53,316 bases of DNA from Nanobdellota archaeon (GTDB lineage: Archaea; Nanobdellota; Nanobdellia; Pacearchaeales; GW2011-AR1): positions 1-53,316 of the forward strand of contig JBBSYC010000010.1 of assembly GCA_038045445.1 (NCBI GenBank), in the 5' to 3' direction. The notes beneath the pieces are model-generated. The model did no database searches. It was not told where the DNA came from and saw nothing but the letters and a program-made list of their open reading frames with translations. A program made the translations under genes and the position numbers. Every line of letters starts with the position of its first letter. The first letter of the stretch is position 1. Below, in pieces: positions 38,664 through 46,053 of this stretch.

Positions 38664-39113
38664 ATGAAAATACTCTTCAAAAAACCCTATATCTACATAG
38701 CATTCTTAATCTTCTTAGTCTATCTTGGAATTAATATCTTATTAAGCGGTTTCTACAACACAATTCCATTAATTCTTGTTTATGCAAAAACAGTCAATTG
38801 GCTCAAATTGGGAATTTCTATTCTTCTGACAATAATAATAGGAATATTAATCTCGTTTAATTCAATTCTTATTTATATCAAATATCAAGAAAGGAGAAAG
38901 TGTAAAAAGGAGATTGCATTAAGTAGCGCGGGAGCAATAGGGGGATTAGTAGCAGGAGTTTGTCCTCTTTGTATTACAGGCCTCATACCATTAATTTTGG
39001 GGCTAATAGGAATATCATTCTCTTTTGCCAGCCTACCCTTTGGAGGAATTGAAATTCAAGTTTTAGTGATAATAATACTTGTAGCAAGTTTGGTAAATCT
39101 CGTTAAAAGATAG
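38664..39113 (+). CDS. Membrane protein with a CPLC motif
   Basis: KPY N-terminus and GVCPLC...LPFGGIEI; similar to 9459..9983. Confidence 0.75.
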   Translation: MKILFKKPYIYIAFLIFLVYLGINILLSGFYNTIPLILVYAKTVNWLKLGISILLTIIIGILISFNSILIYIKYQERRKCKKEIALSSAGAIGGLVAGVCPLCITGLIPLILGLIGISFSFASLPFGGIEIQVLVIIILVASLVNLVKR

Positions 39114-39144
39114 TTAAAATTTAGACCGTAAGCTTTAAATAATC

Positions 39145-39165
39145 ATGTGTATCAAGAAATCATAT
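39145..39165. promoter_or_regulatory. Putative ArsR operator ATGTG-N11-CATAT
   Basis: Same spacing and offset as 32465-32485; TTTAAATA at -30..-23 in both promoters. Confidence 0.7.
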
Positions 39166-39526
39166 GATAAATAAACACACATTACATAAAGAACACCACG
39201 AGAAATATTCAGAAAAAGAGATTTATGGAGCATATAAGCTGTTTTTTGGAACTCTTTTTTCAGATTCTCGTTTAAAGATAATAAATATGTTAAGAAGGGG
39301 TAGAAAGAACGTGTCAGAAATTGTTTCAGAACTAAAATCAAGAGATAGAACAGCCATCTCTCATGATTTGGCTAGATTAAAACTTCATGGATTTGTAAAG
39401 TCAGAAGTAAAGGGGAAATACAGGTATTATGAATTAAACAGTGAAACAATAAAGCCATTAATGGAATTGATTGGCAAACACATGTCTAAGTATTGTATTC
39501 ATATATTGAGGTCTATGAAAAAATAG
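39164..39526 (+). CDS. ArsR/SmtB-family regulator (copy 2)
   Basis: Close paralog of 32089..32466 (MINK..LHK.H, YGAYK.FFGTL, HMS.YCIHIL). Confidence 0.92.
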   Translation: MINKHTLHKEHHEKYSEKEIYGAYKLFFGTLFSDSRLKIINMLRRGRKNVSEIVSELKSRDRTAISHDLARLKLHGFVKSEVKGKYRYYELNSETIKPLMELIGKHMSKYCIHILRSMKK

Positions 39527-39527
39527 T

Positions 39528-40019
39528 ATGGAAAACAAAAACGTCGGATGGATAATGATTGGAATTTCAATATTAATTGTATTATTAGTCTTTTTATTCA
39601 ATAACACTCTAATGGAATCAGTAAGAAACAGCTGTTTCATCCAGCACGGAGACGTTGAATCATGCGAGATGTACAACTCTGTGAATTATCAAACCTACCT
39701 TGCTTTAGGAATTGTTGGAATACTAGTTATCTTTAGTTTATTTCTTATATTTTCAAAGCCAGATGAAAAAATAATAGTTAAAAAAATAAAAGAAAAAAAG
39801 CCTCAAAAAGAAATTAATCTCTCATCATTCAGGCAAGAAGAAAAGCAAGCGTATAATCTTGTCAGGGAAAATGGGGCAATATTTCAAGCAGAACTTATAG
39901 AAAAAACAGGTTTTAGTAAGGCACGAATGACTCGTATTATTGACAAATTGGAAGGCTCTGGATTAGTAGAAAGAAAAAGGAGAGGAATGACTAATGTTGT
40001 AGTCATGAAAGGCCAATAA
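39528..40019 (+). CDS. Two-TM membrane-anchored wHTH regulator (copy 2)
   Basis: Paralog of 36655..37146; loop SCFIQHGDVESCEMY. Confidence 0.85.
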   Translation: MENKNVGWIMIGISILIVLLVFLFNNTLMESVRNSCFIQHGDVESCEMYNSVNYQTYLALGIVGILVIFSLFLIFSKPDEKIIVKKIKEKKPQKEINLSSFRQEEKQAYNLVRENGAIFQAELIEKTGFSKARMTRIIDKLEGSGLVERKRRGMTNVVVMKGQ

Positions 40020-40020
40020 A

Positions 40021-40407
40021 ATGGAAATAGAAGATTTTGCATATATTGTAAAAACAAATAAAGCTTTTGAAGAGTCAGTCGTTTCAGTTTTAAAATCAGT
40101 TGAGAAAAAAGGATGGACAATATTTCAAGTTTATGATTTAAAGGAAAGGCTTGAAGTTAAAGGATTTATTCAAGATAGATTAAAAATAATAGAAATATGT
40201 TCGGGCAAGCATGCAAACACATTATTGAATATTAACAAGATATTTTCAGTATGTATGCCTTGCAGAATCAACATTTTTGAAGATAACCAAATAATTAAAA
40301 TAGCATCAGTAAAACCAAGCATCCTCTCCGATTTTTCCAATGAAGCCAAAAAAGCACTGGAAGAAGTTGAAAATGAGATTAAAGAGATAATTGAGGAAGC
40401 TAAATGA
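40021..40407 (+). CDS. DUF302-domain protein
   Basis: IIEIC...A, MPCRI motifs. Confidence 0.85.
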   Translation: MEIEDFAYIVKTNKAFEESVVSVLKSVEKKGWTIFQVYDLKERLEVKGFIQDRLKIIEICSGKHANTLLNINKIFSVCMPCRINIFEDNQIIKIASVKPSILSDFSNEAKKALEEVENEIKEIIEEAK

Positions 40408-40574
40408 AAAACATAAAAGAAAAAAGAGATGGTGAACAGCAATGTGATAAATGTGGCTTGAGTTATAACAATAAAATTAAGGCTAATAAGTGTCAAGAGT
40501 GGTGCAAGAAGCATAAATCATGTAATCTTGAAATAACAAAGCATGCTATAAATAAAAAGGAGGTATTAAGATGA
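40404..40574 (+). CDS. 56-aa Cys/His-rich zinc-finger-like protein (absent from the ORF track)
   Basis: Hand translation MKNIKEKRDGEQQCDKCGLSYNNKIKANKCQEWCKKHKSCNLEITKHAINKKEVLR*; ATGA overlaps with both neighbours. Confidence 0.8.
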   Translation: MKNIKEKRDGEQQCDKCGLSYNNKIKANKCQEWCKKHKSCNLEITKHAINKKEVLR

Positions 40575-40852
40575 AAACAAATAAAATAGCTATATCAATA
40601 AGCTCTACATTTTTCTTTGCTTTAATCCTAGTCTCGGCACAGCAATATGGAATGATGGGCTCTGACGGCCAATTTACAGCTTTAAATAATGGAGGAGCTG
40701 GAGGGATGATGGGTATGATGAATATGATGACTGGATATGGGAATTACGGCTCTGGAATGATGTTTCTCGGCTGGATAACCTATCTGCTTACAATTACATT
40801 GATGATTGCAGCAACATACTGGCTTATTCAAACAGCAAAAAGAAAGAGATAA
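40571..40852 (+). CDS. Small protein with signal/TM and a Gly/Met-rich loop
   Basis: YGMMG...GGMMGMMNMMTGYG..GSGMM; GGAGGT ribosome-binding site. Confidence 0.75.
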   Translation: MKTNKIAISISSTFFFALILVSAQQYGMMGSDGQFTALNNGGAGGMMGMMNMMTGYGNYGSGMMFLGWITYLLTITLMIAATYWLIQTAKRKR

Positions 40853-40911
40853 TCAAAAGAATTATTTTTTTTATTTTTTTTAACTAACAAAACATGAAAG
40901 GGGGTGTAAAA

Positions 40912-41178
40912 ATGACGGATAAATTAAGTCCAAAAAGAACAGCAAACGCATTGGCAGTAACAGCAGGCATAGTCTCGCTTGTATGTTATATCTTAATTCT
41001 CATAACCCCAAGTGGAACAGTAAGCCTTTTCGGAGCAATATTCCATGGAATTGACCTAAGCCAGATTGCAGTTGAACCAGCATCAGTTGGAAGCGGAATC
41101 TTGGGAGTCATTGAAGTAATAATTCTCGGATGGATAATTGGATGGCTATTTGCTAAAATATATAACAAATTCAAGTAA
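40912..41178 (+). CDS. Two-TM membrane protein (DUF5676-like)
   Basis: SLVC, IFHGID, GWLFA.IYN; GGGGGT ribosome-binding site before ATG 40912. Confidence 0.75.
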   Translation: MTDKLSPKRTANALAVTAGIVSLVCYILILITPSGTVSLFGAIFHGIDLSQIAVEPASVGSGILGVIEVIILGWIIGWLFAKIYNKFK

Positions 41179-41219
41179 ATCCCAACAACATATTTGATTT
41201 ATTTTCTTTTAAATTCTAA

Positions 41220-41237
41220 TGCGGAACCAGTTCCGCA
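41220..41237. promoter_or_regulatory. 18-bp palindrome TGCGGAACCAGTTCCGCA, putative activator site
   Basis: At -53..-36 of ATG 41273, followed by AAAGCGC-ATATATAA; same geometry as 36576-36593. Confidence 0.75.
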
Positions 41238-41272
41238 AAAGCGCATATATAATTTATTTTCCTAAAAAAATC

Positions 41273-41962
41273 ATGGAAAACGAAAACCAAACCATGAAAG
41301 GAGGTAAAAAAACCAACAAAGAGACTATTGTCCAATATTTTATAATAGCTGTTCTTGGAGTCCTTCTCCTATATAATGGGATAAGAATTTATGGAGGCGA
41401 TTCAGGCATAACTGGAAACGCATTAGCAACGGGAATAGGAACTGTTTCTGCTTTAGATGTATTGCCTAAGGGAGTTCCTGCTATTTACGGAAGCGAGATA
41501 GGAATATCTTACGAGGATGTTTCTGCAAGCAATCCGTCATTGGCAGATGCAACAATGGCAAAACTTTCAGCATACGAAGATATGCAGTTGAACAGCGAAC
41601 AGATGGAAAGATACATCAAAATAGGAAGTTCAATTGCATGTGAATACTGTTGCGGTGCTAAAACTCTAGTTTTCAGTAACGGAGAAAGGGCATGTGGATG
41701 CGCTCATAGCTATGCAATGAGGGGTTTAGCAAAATATCTATTGACAGAGCATCCAGATATGACTGATTTGGAAATATTGAATGAATTGGGAAAATGGAAG
41801 GTTCTGTTCTTCCCAGGAGTTCATGAGAAAAAAGCCCAAGTATTGGATGAAAAAGGAATAGACTATGCTGATTACGTTAATCTTGCTTCAAACATATACA
41901 GAGGCGCAGAAAATCAGGCATCAGCATCAGGAGGAAATAGTCAAATGGTTGGCGGTTGCTAA
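41273..41962 (+). CDS. Membrane-anchored Cys-rich protein ending in MVGGC
   Basis: TM, then CEYCCG...ACGCAHS.AM; start set at 41273 by promoter geometry. Confidence 0.8.
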   Translation: MENENQTMKGGKKTNKETIVQYFIIAVLGVLLLYNGIRIYGGDSGITGNALATGIGTVSALDVLPKGVPAIYGSEIGISYEDVSASNPSLADATMAKLSAYEDMQLNSEQMERYIKIGSSIACEYCCGAKTLVFSNGERACGCAHSYAMRGLAKYLLTEHPDMTDLEILNELGKWKVLFFPGVHEKKAQVLDEKGIDYADYVNLASNIYRGAENQASASGGNSQMVGGC

Positions 41963-42007
41963 TAAGGATTTTTTTGATTTTTCCCTTTAGCATCTAACTA
42001 AATTAAA

Positions 42008-42319
42008 ATGGATTGTTGTACAAACAAAAGAAACGAACACGACTCAGTGAAGTCGGATAAAGAAAATAAAGTAAAAGGGGGTAAGCGCATGGAAACAAAA
42101 AACATAATGCTGTGGGCAGTTATAGGAGTATTGCTTATTGTTGCAGTATTCATGACTGTTAAAGTGTCATCATTAAATGATTCAACAAGCGGAAATCTTG
42201 ACACAAGAGGCTGGACAGCTAATGAGATAATGAACTATGAAATGCACGGAACAGTCCCTGCAAGATTAGCTCAAGGAAGCAACACCCCCGCATCTGGCGG
42301 AATGGTCGGAGGCTGTTAA
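42008..42319 (+). CDS. Single-TM protein starting MDCC and ending MVGGC
   Basis: MNYEMHG motif; second in-frame ATG at 42089 with a GGGGGT ribosome-binding site. Confidence 0.75.
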   Translation: MDCCTNKRNEHDSVKSDKENKVKGGKRMETKNIMLWAVIGVLLIVAVFMTVKVSSLNDSTSGNLDTRGWTANEIMNYEMHGTVPARLAQGSNTPASGGMVGGC

Positions 42320-42367
42320 ATAGATATTTTTGATTTTTTATTTTTTAAATTTAGAGTAGGAGAAAAA

Positions 42368-42931
42368 ATGAAAAGAAACACACAAAAAGAAAACAAGAAG
42401 GAAAAAAGAAAATTAATATTTAGAATAGCTACGCTACTCTTATTCCCATTAATAGCCATAATATCTTTTATGCCAAATGTAATGGCTCACTGCCCCTTAT
42501 GTACCGCAGCCACAATAGTAGGCGTCGGAGTAACAAGATCATTGGGTTGGGATGATTCAATTGTAGGAGTCTTTGTTGGAGCAATGATTGTATCATCTGC
42601 ATTATGGCTCAATAATATCCTAAAGAAAAAAAATATTGGGGGTAATTCTCTATTAAGAGTAGGAAGCATTACGGTAGCAACATTTGTGCTTACAATATCG
42701 AGCTTCTATTTTGCAGGATTGTTTGGTCCTGCAAATACTTATAGAATATTTGGAATGGAAAAGATAATATTTGGAACACTTTCAGGTGGAATAATTAGCC
42801 TAGTTTCTTTTTATTATAGCAATCATCTAAAAAATAAAAATGGAGGAAAAGTGCTCTTTAATTATCAAACAATGCTCATTACTTTGGCTACTTTGATTAT
42901 TAACGCAGGGTTATTTGCACTAATATTTTAA
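42368..42931 (+). CDS. Membrane protein with an HCPLC motif
   Basis: Signal-like helix ending VMA^HCPLC; several TM segments. Confidence 0.8.
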   Translation: MKRNTQKENKKEKRKLIFRIATLLLFPLIAIISFMPNVMAHCPLCTAATIVGVGVTRSLGWDDSIVGVFVGAMIVSSALWLNNILKKKNIGGNSLLRVGSITVATFVLTISSFYFAGLFGPANTYRIFGMEKIIFGTLSGGIISLVSFYYSNHLKNKNGGKVLFNYQTMLITLATLIINAGLFALIF

Positions 42932-43365
42932 TGGAATTGTTTTATATTTTACTCGGGATAATAGGGCTATTTTTTATTCTTTTGACAATAAAGAATATTA
43001 TAAAACATAAATCAAAATGGAGTTTTTGTGTTATCTGCGTCTCAATAAGTCTGACATGGATAATCTTATTAGTATTGTATTTCTCAAAGTCATTTAACAA
43101 TATTCTTATAATCTCATTATTAATGGGCATGTCCATAACAGGGATTTATTATTTAGCAGAGAAGAAAATTAAGAATGATAAAATAAAAGTATTTCGTCTA
43201 CCATTTATCTTGACTTTAATAACAATTATTTATTATATTTTAACTTTTGAGAACATCATAAATAGCATATTTATATTATCTGGCTTATGGGTGCTTTTCT
43301 TCCTAATTTACTCGTGGAACAACTCAAATTTTGTAAAAAAACTATTGGAGTGTTGCAAAGAATGA
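42931..43365 (+). CDS. Membrane protein with CVIC and C-terminal ECCKE
   Basis: About five TM segments; coupled to both neighbours. Confidence 0.8.
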   Translation: MELFYILLGIIGLFFILLTIKNIIKHKSKWSFCVICVSISLTWIILLVLYFSKSFNNILIISLLMGMSITGIYYLAEKKIKNDKIKVFRLPFILTLITIIYYILTFENIINSIFILSGLWVLFFLIYSWNNSNFVKKLLECCKE

Positions 43366-43829
43366 AACACCATCATTACAACTACATCTGGATAAGTATA
43401 TTAGTAATTTCTATAATTGGAGCATTATTTCTTGTCAAGACAGCCTATGCAAACCCCCTAAACCTGCCAGATTATGCGTTTACAAATACTAAGATAAAAG
43501 AAGCATACTCTTTCGCAAAGTTAGAATCTGATAAATTAACCAATCTACCTTGTAACTGCGGTTGCATGAGCGACGCGAAAAATCACGGAGGTAGAATGCA
43601 TTCAAGAGGATTAATAGATTGCTTTATGTCTGGAGACATAAATAATAAAGGAACTTGGGATAGTCATGCAAGCGAATGTGGATTATGCTACGAAGATGCC
43701 CTATATGCAAAAGAATTATATCAACAGGGAAAAACAAAAGATGAAATAAAATCTCTTCTTGAAATAAAATACGCATCACAAACAATAAGCTCAAAAACAG
43801 TTTATGGAGAAATGAACTATGGAGATTAA
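43362..43829 (+). CDS. PCYCGC-motif family protein
   Basis: AY.FA...LPCNCGC...H....DCF...WDSHASECGLC; start MKHHHY overlaps the upstream stop. Confidence 0.8.
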   Translation: MKHHHYNYIWISILVISIIGALFLVKTAYANPLNLPDYAFTNTKIKEAYSFAKLESDKLTNLPCNCGCMSDAKNHGGRMHSRGLIDCFMSGDINNKGTWDSHASECGLCYEDALYAKELYQQGKTKDEIKSLLEIKYASQTISSKTVYGEMNYGD

Positions 43830-44256
43830 TGGTAAATCTTTGGCATATGGTTTATTATCAGGGTTAGGAATACTAATTCTTTATCTTTCTGTTCTCACCT
43901 TGTTTCAAAGCTATGGATTTGCACTCTACGAACTAAAAAGGCTTTGGATGTGGATAATTCCTCTATCAATAGGTTTTGGGACCCAGATAGGATTATATAT
44001 TTCAATAAAACACGATGCGGTCATAAAAGCAGGAGTCTCGACTTCAGGAACAATTTCAGGAGGTTCAATGATAGCCTGCTGCACACATTATCTGTTAAGT
44101 GTTCTGCCTTTGATAGGAATAACTGGTCTAAGCACACTAACTATGTTTTTAATGAGTTATCAAAAAGCGTTTTTTTCAATAGGGATAGCTTCAAGCGCAT
44201 TGGGAATTATATTCATGATTCGTCACAAAATAAAAATGAAAGGGGGTTCATGCTAA
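43819..44256 (+). CDS. Four-TM protein with an MIACCTH motif
   Basis: GFGTQIGLY and SMIACCTH. Confidence 0.75.
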   Translation: MEINGKSLAYGLLSGLGILILYLSVLTLFQSYGFALYELKRLWMWIIPLSIGFGTQIGLYISIKHDAVIKAGVSTSGTISGGSMIACCTHYLLSVLPLIGITGLSTLTMFLMSYQKAFFSIGIASSALGIIFMIRHKIKMKGGSC

Positions 44257-44496
44257 ATGGAAATTAAAGGAAAAGTAGTTCTTTATGGAGCATTAATCTT
44301 AGTAGTCTTTTTGCTTTTATTGTTCAGCCTTGGAGTCTTTGATTTAAGTAAAAATAAAACAATTCAATCAGTTTCTAAAGAAACAGGAGGCATTCCAGAA
44401 AAATGTCAGATTCCAGAAGGACAAGAAATAGATTCATGGAAAGAGCATTTAGGGCACCATGCAGAAACAAAAGATTGCCTAAAGTACTTCAATTAA
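44257..44496 (+). CDS. Small anchored His/Cys protein
   Basis: TM, then IPEKC..P.G....WKEHLGHH....DCL. Confidence 0.7.
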   Translation: MEIKGKVVLYGALILVVFLLLLFSLGVFDLSKNKTIQSVSKETGGIPEKCQIPEGQEIDSWKEHLGHHAETKDCLKYFN

Positions 44497-44497
44497 A

Positions 44498-44722
44498 ATG
44501 AAAGAAACTAAGCTAACTGTCAGAAACATCTATTGCAATGATTGCTCGGAGCATGTAAAAGAAGAGCTTAAGAAATTAGGTGCCAAGTCAATCAATATTA
44601 ATATGGACAGTTCAGACATACAAAAAGTTTCGCTAAGATGTACTAAATGTTTAAAGAAAAAAGAAATAATAGATTTGCTTCAAAAAAGAGGGATAGAATT
44701 AATTTCCATTAGATATTCCTAA
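44498..44722 (+). CDS. HMA-domain protein
   Basis: IYCNDC..HV motif in a 74-aa protein. Confidence 0.75.
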   Translation: MKETKLTVRNIYCNDCSEHVKEELKKLGAKSININMDSSDIQKVSLRCTKCLKKKEIIDLLQKRGIELISIRYS

Positions 44723-44723
44723 A

Positions 44724-44939
44724 ATGAAGGGTCACATGTTTAAGATGGCTCTCGCATGTGTAATTCCCTTACTGTTAATATTGCTACTTCCATTAATTGG
44801 GCTTCCTAAGAGTCTATCAAGCACAATAGCAATAGTCTTAATGATGCTACTTCACTTCTTTATGATGAAAGACCATATAAATAAAAAGGGTCCTCATAAA
44901 AACAAAACTCTTCAAAAATCTCCAGTAGCAAGCTTTTAA
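44724..44939 (+). CDS. Small two-TM His/Met protein (DUF2933-like)
   Basis: HM..M.LAC..P and MMLLHFFMM..H. Confidence 0.65.
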   Translation: MKGHMFKMALACVIPLLLILLLPLIGLPKSLSSTIAIVLMMLLHFFMMKDHINKKGPHKNKTLQKSPVASF

Positions 44940-44963
44940 AACCCTGCAAATTACAAAAGAGTC

Positions 44964-45407
44964 ATGGTATTCAAACTAAACATATCTGATAAAGGAAAGG
45001 CATGGAAAGTAGAATCATCTAACGAGTCCATAATCGGAAAGAAAATAGGAGAAGAAATAGATGGCTCAGACCTTTCTGAAAATCTTCAAGGTTACACCCT
45101 AAAAATAACTGGGGGAACAGACAGCTCCGGATTTCCCCATAAATCAGATGTACAAGGTTCAGAATTAAAAAGAGTAATACTTTCAAAAGGTTGGGGAATG
45201 CACAAGAAACCAAGAAGAGCTGGAAAAAAGAAGCTACAAACATTTGATGGCTTAAGATTAAGAAAAACAGTTAGAGGCTCTCAAATATCTGAAAAAAGCA
45301 CTCAAATAAATCTTATTGTAACAAAACATGGAGCTAAACAATTACAAGAATTATTCCCAGAACAAAACAAGCCAAAAGAAAAAAAGACTGAAGAGCAAAC
45401 AAAATAA
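44964..45407 (+). CDS. rps6e: 30S ribosomal protein eS6
   Basis: IGKKIGEEIDG, ITGGTD.SGFP, RKTVRG..I....QIN. Confidence 0.95.
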   Translation: MVFKLNISDKGKAWKVESSNESIIGKKIGEEIDGSDLSENLQGYTLKITGGTDSSGFPHKSDVQGSELKRVILSKGWGMHKKPRRAGKKKLQTFDGLRLRKTVRGSQISEKSTQINLIVTKHGAKQLQELFPEQNKPKEKKTEEQTK

Positions 45408-45425
45408 GGAGATTCTATAAATAAA

Positions 45426-46019
45426 ATGGATAATAATAGAGATGTAGAAAAGTTGGTTCAAGAACTATCCATGAGAGCTGGTTTAACAGAAGAAGATAGA
45501 GAATATGTTAATGGAATAAATCGAGAATTAGAGGGAATATTTAACCGATTTGGAAGTAATCCAGGAGTTAGGTTCTATACCCCTGTCAATCATACGCCTA
45601 TAGACCTTAAAAGATTAGACTATCATCAACTTTTAGTTGTAGATGGTATAATCAATTCAAGAATAGAACCCTCGTGGTTAGATAGAAGAGTGACAAGTTT
45701 ATATGAAAAAGTTAGAGGATTCCCTTCTCCTTTTGGAATCGCCACGGAATTTGCTGATGATCCTGAAGTTAGAGAAATTCTTGACCGTCAAGAAATGCCT
45801 TATGCACTTTTAGCAAGAATAGAAACTTACGACAGAGATAACAAAGCAGATGGCTTGAATTGTAAAATCGATAATAAACCATTATTAGTTGTTCCAGACC
45901 TTAGTCCTGAAAATTTAAAAACCCTAAGAAAAGCTGAAAAAAGATTGTTCTTTAGTCAAATAGAAAGAAGACTTTTTGGAATTTTACCAATTAGAAAACC
46001 CCTTAAAAAAGCTTCCTAA
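45426..46019 (+). CDS. Hypothetical protein
   Basis: Long uninterrupted ORF between rps6e and eif2g. Confidence 0.6.
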   Translation: MDNNRDVEKLVQELSMRAGLTEEDREYVNGINRELEGIFNRFGSNPGVRFYTPVNHTPIDLKRLDYHQLLVVDGIINSRIEPSWLDRRVTSLYEKVRGFPSPFGIATEFADDPEVREILDRQEMPYALLARIETYDRDNKADGLNCKIDNKPLLVVPDLSPENLKTLRKAEKRLFFSQIERRLFGILPIRKPLKKAS

Positions 46020-46053
46020 CAGCATTTAAAAACCTAAGAATTTCTACCATTTC

